From: Cercozoa sp. M6MM | Lineage: Eukaryota > Protista > Endomyxa: Ascetosporea | NCBI GenBank assembly: GCA_040357565.1 | Contig: JBDODJ010000077.1 | DNA: 54,191 nt | Strand: one strand, 5' to 3' | In this document: positions 39,838-49,743 of the stretch, piece after piece | Position numbering within the stretch: position 1 is the stretch's first letter | Layout of the letters: every line of letters starts with the position of its first letter | Notes under the pieces: generated by a model | The model's database searches: none | Told to the model about the DNA's origin: nothing | What the model saw: the letters and a program-made list of their open reading frames with translations, nothing else | Translations under genes and position numbers: made by a program

Positions 39838-42121
39838 CATCTTCGGTAGGTGGCAGTGCGAGTGCCGTGAAGGCCACGAGCGACTCGCTGCCCGTGTGCA
39901 GCGTGTCCACTTTGTCGCACGCATCGTCCGACACGTGCAGCAGCGTGATGGTGCCGTCGTGTCGCCCAACCAGCACCGTGTCGTGTCGCAGCACGTGCAC
40001 CGACATCACCTCGGCGGCTGGCACTTCGAACACCTCAGAGCTCTCGTCCTGCACAGACAAAAACACACACGCATATCTCCTATATATATATATATATATA
40101 TATATATACGTATGTACATCTGCATAATACTATATAAATAAAGGAAGACTCAGCAGTGTACCCCATGCAGACAGAAGACGCGCAGAGTGCCGCCGTACAG
40201 GGCCGCCACAGTGCCTTCAGCGGCATGCAGTGACACGGGCAGGTCGCTCGAAGCCTCGCCGCAGCGCTGCGTCTTTTGCAGCGTCATCTTGGCCTCGCCG
40301 CCTTCGAGCCTACCAAGTACTCAGCAATATACATACACATATATGTGTGCGTGTGTGCGTGTGTATAGAGATAGGCAGATAGATAGATAGATAGATCGAT
40401 AGATAGATAGACAGATAGATAGATAGACAGATAGACAGATAGAGAGATAGATAGATAGATAGACACAGGCAACGGGCATGAGTACCACAGACGGAAGAGA
40501 TGCAGGTCGCCGGACGCACACAGAGCCACGAGCGACGTCGCATCCTTTCCGCCCTCATCGCTCTGATAAATGCATTATATGTACAGACATATGTACATGC
40601 GTGTGATTGTGTGTGAGTACATGAACAGACAGGCAGGAAGGGAGCAAAGGAATGTGTACAAACGTCGAGTCGCCCGAGAAGGTGATAGCGACGACGCCAG
40701 AGGCCACGGCGAGTGCAGGCTGGTCGCCATCCAGGTGCAGCACGCGCAGCTTCTCGCCGCGTTTCGTCGGCCACACACGCCACGGACCTGGAGGCCACAA
40801 GGCAAGACAAGGGTGACAGTACACAGCACCAGAACACATAGACAGGAGACAGGAGGCGGCAGTACCGTAGGCAGCCAGCAGAGCACCGCGCGAAGCTGGA
40901 GCGTAACTGGAGGCTTGCTTGCTCAACTGCAGCCGCTTGATGACATCGCTACTGCGCGGCAGTTCTGTGTATATCACACATACCATACACACAGTGATGT
41001 GCATGTTCACTGCATAAACGGCAAGGTACGAGGCAGGTCGAGCGTGGCACGCGGTGTGTCCAAAAGGACGCAACGCGCCTCGTCCAAACTCGACTGCTGC
41101 GACTCCGGTACCTTTCCAGATAGCAAAGCAAGGTACAAGAATAGGCAAAGGCATACGCACTCAAAGAGATAGAGAGAGAGAGAGGAGAGAAAAGAGAAGA
41201 CTACTGGCACGGCAGGTGTTTCAACCGGCTGGTCGCCAAAGATGTTGCTCAAGTCATCGACTTCTCGCGACGACTGGGGGGGGGGGGGGTAAGACCAACA
41301 TATTCATACGGTACAAGCAGAGAGTGAAGCTACTGCCGGTGCAGCCGTCTGTCCGACCAGTTGCTTGGCCATACCGATGGTCGACGTGATTCTCTGAGCA
41401 GGACGTTATACATTAGTTCTGCATAGATCTACATCTACATAGGGAAAAATGGTAGTTTGGGGAGATACCGACGCACGAGCCGCTGTCTTGAGCGACGGCA
41501 TCGGCGCCGCCTGTTTCTTGGGTGTGCCAGTCGTCTTGGACTGCGTCTCCTTTTTGGGTGTCTGGGGTTGCTGTAAATCCAGAAGCAACAACACGGTGTA
41601 TCGAGGGTCGAGACACAAAAAGGTAACGCACAGGCTTGGGTGCCTCTTGCGGTTGCTGCTGCTGTGATGGCAACTGCTGCTGCGGCTGCGGCGGGAAATT
41701 GCCTCCAGGATAATGCATGCCTGCACAAAGGCAGTCGCGTTTTTGTGGACCAGTCAAGGCAAGTGTGAACACAAGAGTACCAAACTGATGTGGAGGGTAT
41801 GCACCGGGAGGAGGCAAGACGTGCGGCACCTGCATGCGCGGAACCTGCGACGGATGCATCGGCATTTGCATCATTGGCACACCACGTGGCGGCATGTCTG
41901 CTTGCACAAGCCAGAAGGGAACATACAGACCACAAGGGGAAGTTAGTCACAGTACTTTGTTGTGCGGGTGCGCTCGGCGCCGCCATCCGAGACTGCGGCT
42001 GTGGCTGCGGCTGCGGTGGTGGCTGCTGCTGTTGTCGCGACTGCTGTTGCCGCGGCTGCGGTGGCTGCTGCTGCTGCGTCGCGTAGCTCACGTGCCCGAA
42101 CAGTTCCGGCGGAAACTCCAT
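36484..42121 (-). CDS. EDC4: Enhancer of mRNA decapping EDC4/Ge-1/VARICOSE-like protein, multi-exon
   Basis: Pro/Gln-rich N-terminus (MEFPPELFG..QQQPPQP..PPPGAYPP), WD40-like beta strands (SLVALCASGDLHLF, TVLVGRHDGTITLL, SFDMSGNFVLL), acidic linker, coiled coil (QQKQLE repeats), and C-terminal LTSSQLLSLLQQLC..LDL..LVWLRNIV resembling the Ge-1 C-terminal domain (LSQ.VLLSL.QQL..DL...L.WL). Confidence 0.65.
39027..39128. repeat. 13-15 bp minisatellite (TGCCATGTACAATA-like) making up an EDC4-like intron
   Basis: About seven degenerate tandem copies between donor and acceptor. Confidence 0.9.
39779..39788. other. Assembly gap (10 N) inside a (CA)n tract
   Basis: Run of N. Confidence 0.99.
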
Positions 42122-42305
42122 TCTGCAACACAAACACAACACAAATTGAGAAACTCGCCAACAGGTGCGAATCCCGGAATAGACGTGCCTGATGCTGTGG
42201 TAGCTCACTTTAGATTGCTGATGACTCAAGAGAGTCGTCTGAAATTGCTGTAGTTTTTGTAAATGATGTTGTCGATAATTCCCATTCAACAAGACTGAAA
42301 CAGGG

Positions 42306-42418
42306 TTCCGTCACAGGGTGTGATCACTATTCAGTATTGGTGCTATCGTGGTTTTACAGCCGAGTGCTGTGCTGTACGCCGGTATTTAGATATACATAGT
42401 GATCACCTGTGACAGGAA
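42306..42418 (+). other. Long imperfect intergenic hairpin
   Basis: TTCC-GTCACAG-ggt-GTGATCACTAT pairs with ATAGTGATCAC-CTGTGAC-a-GGAA; inner stems AGTATTGGTG/CGCCGGTATT (G-U pairs) and ACAGC/GCTGT. Confidence 0.6.
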
Positions 42419-43073
42419 TGAAAATCCTTCGGACTCAAACGTCCATTCTGTGCAGTCTGGATGGAGATGATGGGACCACGGTTCACACGGCTGCATGTTG
42501 ACACCAGGTTTCACAGTCCAGCGTCGATGCGCCGCTACGTCGACGCAGAAAGCTGGTCGAACCTGGGCTTGTGTAGCTAAAAACAGCGCTTCGTAATCCA
42601 CGTCGTCCTCATGTTCCAATTGGTCCTCAATGAAAACTGCGCCTTGCGTTTTGGTCTAAAACCCTAGCGGACTGTCAGAGTTTTCGTTTTCCCGTTGCAA
42701 AAGAACCTCGCGATTTTACATTATGGTAAAGAAGAACGATGTACATTTACGCCGCAGGTATCGCAGGCCAAGAGATGTGTAATCTCACACGAGTAGCGTT
42801 ACGACACTACTTGCAAAACGCGCGGCTTCTGCACTCATGTGTTTGGCTTCCGACAGCTCGGTACAATACTTATGCGATGCGGACGGACGGTACAGTCCGG
42901 TACTCAGCCCAGCGCATTCGATCGATGTGATCGACTACGCTATCTCTGTGCACCTGAGCGTGCTGTACACTGAATATTAGCAAAACTGAAACTGAAACAG
43001 GCGACTGGCGAGGACAACGCAACTGTTCCAGTTCAGTTTGCCCGCCGGTTTCGTTTAATGAACCTAGTTCGAT

Positions 43074-44134
43074 TTAGTCATGACGAGACTTCAATTTTCG
43101 CGTGGTGACACCTTCTGGTGTGATGATATGCACGACTGCACCCCTGTGGCCAACTCACGATAACACACTGCTTTTCTCACAACACGTGACGACGAAAATA
43201 CCAGCCAGCAAGACAGTCACGGTCAACCGCAGCAAGCAAACACTGTGAGATCGTCTCAAACAACTGCTCGGGCTCCATGTCCGGCTTGTAAAGTGACTCG
43301 CACATACCGTAAAGTTCCTCACTGCTCGTGCCAGCCACGACAAAGTCGTTGCACTACGGGCACAAACGAGCATCCACAGGGTGCAAGCCACCGTTTCGTA
43401 ATGTGAACGTACCTCAACACCGCAACCGATGGAATCTTGAGCGTCGACGAAAGGCTCGTTGTTTTTGTCCAGTCCAGCCACGACAGGTTCGATAAAGTAC
43501 GGACCAAACCGCTTTGCGTACAACAGCGATGAAATCAGGTGGTCACAGGTCTGGGGCTCCAGCTCGCGCTCTTCCCGCAACTTGTACAACTTGGCGCGGA
43601 ACTGAAGTGTCTGTGCGAACGTCTGCACGTCGGTCTGCAAACACGAAACTTTATGAATGGTTCGAATTTTAGCTCCCAGCAGCAAGGAAAGAGACGAAAA
43701 TGAAGCAAAACAAGAGGCAGATCTTGTAAGAAGTAAACCTACGGCAAGACCGGCGAGACCAACGTAGGTCTTGTCCGTCACTGGGTAGATGCGCTGGAAG
43801 TCTGTCGCAATTGTCTGCAGCTGGATACCATAGCGTGTGTCGGACGCAATGGCCACGCAGTTCTTGCCCTGCAGCGCAGACAAACAAACAAACGTACACT
43901 CAGCACAGGGCAAGCTGGGTCTTCAAAAAGTGCCCCAAAGCCCAAACACAAGCAAAATTGCAGGAATATTCTTCATCACGAACTTATGGCAGAAGCATGT
44001 GCTGTCCAAACACAAAAAATGGGCCTCACACCGAGTCTCAACTCCTGAAGGCTCCAGAATTTGCAATCTGGCAAAATCAAGTTTCTTACCGTCATGGCAA
44101 CAACGGCACTGCCGTTGTACTCAAAAATCGACAT
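43074..44134 (-). CDS. PSMB3: 20S proteasome subunit beta type-3, 5 exons
   Basis: [133 protein letters not shown]. Confidence 0.98.
43896..43983 (-). ncRNA. Candidate intronic box C/D snoRNA in PSMB3 intron 1
   Basis: Box C GTGATGA (43979-43973), guide TCCTGCAATT antisense to the conserved 5.8S AAUUGCAG motif, C'-like TTGAAGA (43926-43920), box D CTGA (43903-43900). The C-to-D span is 80 nt. Confidence 0.65.
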
Positions 44135-44389
44135 CCTCAGCACGAGATTAAGAGACAGGTGCACTGAGTGTCGCTAGGACAGGATATTTCGCCTATTGTT
44201 TTTATTTTTCGACCATCAGTACTGACTTTGGACTGTGTGATGCTGAGTTTATCTGTTTTCTGTCTGATGTCAGCAGTTGTTCTGTGCACATTACAGGTTG
44301 ACTGTGGATGCAGGAAGTGAACTGCGCACTCTTCTGTCGTCTCTGCCCATCCAAAGCTGCTACGGTGTCGATCGGCACTGCTGTGACGG

Positions 44390-45164
44390 ATGAATAAAAA
44401 TCGCGATGGCGCAAAAAACGATACCCCGCCACCGCACCGCCGACCCCGCACAGAGGCTCTGTTTTGGGCCGGCCTTGGCTCCGGGCTGGTCGTGGCGGGC
44501 TCGCTGAATCCGTACTATCAAGTTCATGTCTCTGCACATCTTTGGCTTTGTACACATACTGGTGCATTCCTCGCAGGTGGGATAGAGCACTGTATCTCTC
44601 AGTACGCGATAGAAGGGCCTTCCTCGACCGCCGAAATTGGCAGCAACCCTATCGAGGTACTGCAGAGTGTTATTTGCGACTGTCTGCTCCCTTGCTATGT
44701 GAAAGACAGGATTCTCGCAAGCGTTGCTTAGCCGAGCACTTTCGAACGGCATGTATTTGTACCAAGCTCTCTTTAGTTTTTGCTTGTGCTACGTTAGTGT
44801 GTGCTGTGCATATTCCATGCGTTTGTGTATATCTGTATTTGCGTGTGTATGCAGTCCGGTGTTTGATGCGACACTTCCACTGTGCGAGAGTCTGACAGGT
44901 TCTGGCACAGCGATGACCTCCTTTCTCGCTGGTAGGTTGTTAACACCTGCCTGTGTCAGGGGTCCCTCAATCCGAGCTACGTTGATTTTTCTACACAGGC
45001 AATGCTGCCGGCGCTGCGAATGCTGTGGTGCTGAATCCTCTGTCCGCCGTTAAGTACCGCTACTGGGGCACACAGCACGGCTCGCTGGTGCACACGGCGC
45101 GACACATGGCTAAGCACGGCGGCATTACACCATTTATGCGGTACACCGTACTTTTCACTGTGTA

Positions 45165-45238
<74 letters not shown>

Positions 45239-45275
45239 GTGTGGGTGTGGGTGTGTGTGTCGGTGTGTGTGTGTC

Positions 45276-45313
<38 letters not shown>

Positions 45314-46019
45314 TGGGTGTGGGTGTGGGTGTGGGTGTGGGTGTGGGTGTGTGGGTGTGTGTGTGATGCGAAGTTGTCTCTCAGAGGCCTGGCGCCAACT
45401 CTCACACGTGACTGCGTGTTCGGAGCTGCCTTTGCACTGATGCGCCACCATTGCTACCGCCGATTGAATTTGGACGAGACCAACAGTCTCAGCGTTCAGT
45501 CGCAATCGCAGACGCCACAGACGTTCGAGCGAGTGCTCGCACAGGCGCGGCCACTCACGATCACTGCCGTATCCTTGTGTGCATGCTTGTGTGCATGTGT
45601 ACATGTGTGGATGCTTGTGTGCGCTTACAATTTCGTGCTGTCTTTCGGTCAGGCGTGTGCTGCCGCAGCCACTGCACTGTCGGCGCCGTTCAACTTCGCG
45701 CGAAACATGCAGTATGCCATTCACCCCAGGGTACGCTCTTGTCTGTGCCGTCTGCCAGCTGGACGGTTTTCGTGTGCATCAGGACGAGACCACAAGCACT
45801 TTGCGCACGCTGTACGTTCTCATGCAAGAGACACGCGAATCACCGCAGCCGCTTCGCTTCTTGCTGAGGAGACTACGGATCGGATGGTGGGTTCTCCATG
45901 TCCAGGCTCTCAGTGATCGCTTATTTGCTGTGCCGCTCAGGGGCACTGCGCGTGTCGCTGTGGGAATGGCGATGTCACAGCTCGTCTATGAGCAGATCAA
46001 GCTGCGGTTCCCTAACTGA
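44390..46019 (+). CDS. Mitochondrial carrier family (SLC25-like) protein, multi-exon
   Basis: Three repeats with degenerate Px[DE]xx[KR] motifs: NPWDRALYLSV..PYRG, NPLSAVKY..GGITPFMRGLAPTLTRDCVFG, SAPFNFARN..GWGTARVAVGM..VYEQIK. Confidence 0.85.
45168..45365 (+). repeat. (GT)n/(GTGTGG)n microsatellite intron
   Basis: About 200 nt tract inside intron 45141-45385. Confidence 0.95.
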
Positions 46020-46319
46020 CTGCCCTGCCGCCGTATGCCGCCGTATGTGGTTTCGTTTCGTTTCGCAGGCGACGCAGCTGCTTCAACATTTTGCCCTTTC
46101 GTTCCTTAGCTTATTGCAAAACAGCCAACGCAGGCCCTGTGGTGGGACACTGCGCTGCTGCTGTTCGTAGATTTTCCGGTTCTGGTTCTGAGCACTGAGC
46201 CGGATGCCGGTACAGGTATGTACAATTGTACCGTCTCCGGATCATCTGGTACTGTAGCCAGATCTCACAATCGCTGCAGCAGTCGTTAGCTAGTGCGTCT
46301 GCCAGCAATTGTTGTGCAG

Positions 46320-46899
46320 ATGGGTCAGCAGAAATCCCGACGTATGCTCTCCTGTCGGATATTGCTCATCAAAGCATTTTCACGTTGATGCAGTTGACCA
46401 ATCGTGAGGGTTTTTGATTGATGTTGTGTGTGCTTAGCACTGCGCGGTGACGAGACTGTGCGGCCGTTTTCACCTCTAGCCTCACCATCAGTCTCGGCGC
46501 CAGTGGCCTCATCACCAGAGTGTCAGGATGCAGGTGCGCCCGATTCTCCGGATGTCGACTGGTTTCAGGTGTGTCCTACTGTGCGTCTACTGCCTCATTG
46601 GGCGTGTCATTTTGAAACAAGTGTGTTGACAGGCCCAGCGCAAGTTCGTGCAGGCTCGGCAGCTGCCGACCATGGCCAACACGCGACGATCACGCCTCCA
46701 ACAGCAAACTCTCCGCGACGGTACGTTGAACATGCGAACGAAGGTTTGACTCTGTGTACGTCTTGCGTTGCACTACCTTCTACTTTAGTGACTCGCATCG
46801 GATTTGACCGCTCGAGCGTCAGGTTGCCGAAGGACGTTGATCCCAGTGACGAACAACGCGTCAACGAGTGGTAACACTGCTTGGCAGACACTGTGTATG

Positions 46900-46978
<79 letters not shown>

Positions 46979-47279
46979 CACACACACACACGCACACACA
47001 CACACTTGTGCTAGCGTTACCTTCTGCCTGTTCCTGTAGGTTGGCCATGCATGTCGTACATTGTTTCAACGCCGCCTCGCTTGTGTTTGCCGCTGCAGAT
47101 GGTTCCTCTCCCTCTCTACTGCCCTCTGTGCTTGCTCATTGTTGACAACAAGTCACTTATACTGGGCTGTTGACAAAACTAGACTTCTGCGGCGTGGCCT
47201 CATGCCCCGTCATGTCGGCAGGGAAAAAGTTTACTTTCAAGGTAGCGCTCAACCCTTTGCTTCGGTGTGGACTGGCACG

Positions 47280-47329
<50 letters not shown>

Positions 47330-48126
47330 CACACACGCACATGTTTGTGCTGCCGCCACAACAGTGGGCCACGCCAGGCAAACGCGAGGCTCCGCGCGAC
47401 GTGCCAGCGCGCGAGTACGCCAAGTTGTTGTTTTCGGTAACACCAGCACCGGACAATTGTTGCTCAAGCAGGACGGTCGATGACTCTGTTGGTTCGATTA
47501 TCTGTGTGTGTGTGTGTGTGTGTGTGCTATAGTGGTGCGACTCACTTTTGGCCGATGCCGCGGTGTTCGTTCCCGAGAACGGTGCTTGTGCCTTTGAGAC
47601 CCGACTGTAGCGAGTCTGACGTGCTGATGATTGTTTCTGTAGGGAGATTTCCGTCCAACTTTCGCAGCACTGTTGACGCCATCTGCAGGCGACTGTTCCG
47701 CATCTACGCGCACGTGTACCACTCGCACTTCACAGACATTCTCGGCGACGATGAGGTCGTTTAGCATGCGCAATTTTTGCTTGCACTCCCTACACTGTGT
47801 ACCGTTTGGTATCGTTGCGAGCGCAGGAAATGAAAACTAACCACACGCAGCGATTACAGTAAATTCACACCTTCTCTGTGTGCACATAAAGTATGTCGCG
47901 TGATGCGTGTGTGTCTGTGCACAGCAACTGTTTTCGACACCTGCTCTTCTTCATCCTGGAGTTCGACCTGACTCCGCCGCAACAGCTGTTGCCTTTACGC
48001 GACCTTGTGGTACTCCCCTGTTCTCCATCTCTGTCATCTTGGTGGCACAGCACAAACAATGGTGTGTTGTGGCAGGAATTGTTGGCACCCGAGATGAAAC
48101 GCGTTTTCGCCGAAACTTGCGACTGA
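46320..48126 (+). CDS. MOB1: MOB kinase activator (MOB1/MOB3-like) with an N-terminal extension, multi-exon
   Basis: VRLPKDVD..NEWLAMHVVHCFN, DFCGVASCPVMSAG, PAREY, FPSNFRSTVDAICRRLFRIYAHVYHSHF, NCFRHLLFFILEFDL..LLPL. The zinc ligands (Cys-x4-Cys, His-x4-His) are present. Confidence 0.9.
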
Positions 48127-48562
48127 CGCGGCGAGACTGACCCAGACTAGGCGGGCGTTTCGTTGCTCGTCTTACAATGATCCTAGATCTTTGTTCGTTG
48201 ATTTATTTCACCCCACTGTTCAACCGAAAACTGGACCGGATTCCGTTCAGCTGAAATGAATCAAATGGAACAGCAACACCGTACGCTACATAAGACCGCA
48301 TTCAGTTAACGTTGTGGTAGTTACGCGAACGCAAAAATTGCATTCAGTTTAATTTGCGCTGGCAGGTGTGGCACCGTTCGGTACGAGTCGGACCGGTTGT
48401 TGAGTGACAAATGAAACAATCCGAGGCGACGAAGAAAAGAGAGAGGCGAGCGACTGGACACGGGACATTGCCACTGCTGTTTGGAGTGTGACGTGTGTAT
48501 GTGTATGTGAGTGTGAGCGGAGATGGCAAAGCCGTCGCGGTGCCTGTCGTACACTGCCGACC

Positions 48563-49179
48563 TCATTGTTGTTGTTGCTGTTGCTGTTGTTGCTTGGCAA
48601 GCTGTTCCTGCAGTTGCTCATCTCGTTGGCGAGCCTGCGTGTGCGATTCGGAAGTGAGTCGAAGGAAAGCAAAGCAACAGAAGCTAGAGTAGAGACAACA
48701 CACCTCCTCGGCAGTCATTGGTCGATCAGGCGCCTCACCCGTTCGCGGATCGGTGCCGATCTTGCGTCGAAACAGCAGGATGTGCGGCTGCACACAAGTC
48801 ACACAGACACTCATAGAAGAGAAGCCACCATACCAATATAGAGCGAAGCTACCTCTGGCTTGTGCACGAGGTAGTGTACCCAGCCGCGACTCTGACGCAC
48901 GCCAAGAGCCCGCCATTCCTACAGCACGGATGTAACGCCGGTTGCCATCCCACTCCTCCACCGAAAAATAGAGCAGAACTACCTCCTCTTTCAGCAGTCG
49001 CGGGTTCTCTGCTAGTTGCTTGCCCATCTGCTTTGGCAGCACCACGTGTCTGCGCAGGCAAGCAAGCAACCACAGAATAACAGAGCAAGCACAATCACAG
49101 GCAAATGAATGCACACGCACCTGTACTCGTACTCATCGTCGTAGTATTTTTCGCTGTACTCGATATCACGGACTGACAT
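48563..49179 (-). CDS. CKS1: Cyclin-dependent kinases regulatory subunit (Cks1/Suc1), 5 exons, poly-Gln tail
   Basis: [62 protein letters not shown]. Confidence 0.97.
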
Positions 49180-49743
49180 TTTTCAGCAGCTTTTTGGTGC
49201 GATTTTTCCAACCAAGAAAAATCCCACGCCGAATTTGTGTGAGCGCTACAGGCCGCTCCGCAAGCTAGGAAGCCCAAAAAAGTGTTGAACACGTCCCAAA
49301 CCCTGAATTGGGTGACGGTAGCTGTGTGGCAGTTGTTGCTGCAGCTTTTCAACGACCGTACTTTTGGCTCATTCTGAAGCGATGGTGTTGCGGCTCTTCT
49401 GTTCAACGCAACCTTAAAAAGCACCCCAACGTCACCGAGACACCAGAGACGGCGTGAGGGCATCCAACCGCGAGGTATCTTTGGTTTTGAACGATCTCTG
49501 GTATAAAGAAGCAGCGAAATCGTAGATGTTCGTACCTTTTTTGGTGCAATAATTCATGCGATGTGGTGATGTGTGCAGTCAAGCACGCAACACAAGTGCC
49601 GTGTGACCACGCAGTGCGTCGTTGGTGCTTAGCGCGTGATCCGTGTTCATTCACCGTCATCAGCGGTTGATACAATTGGCGCGCGTAGCGAAGAAAAATA
49701 GTTCGAACGCACGCTTGGATTCAGTTCAGGCGACGAGTGACCA

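Noticed and set aside
42345-42360. GTGGTTTTAC resembling U5 snRNA loop 1
   Set aside because: Does not match the invariant GCCUUUUAC, and no Sm site follows.
42386-42619. Short minus-strand ORF (EHEDDVDYEALFLATQAQ..)
   Set aside because: No in-frame ATG or consistent upstream exon found, and no recognisable family.
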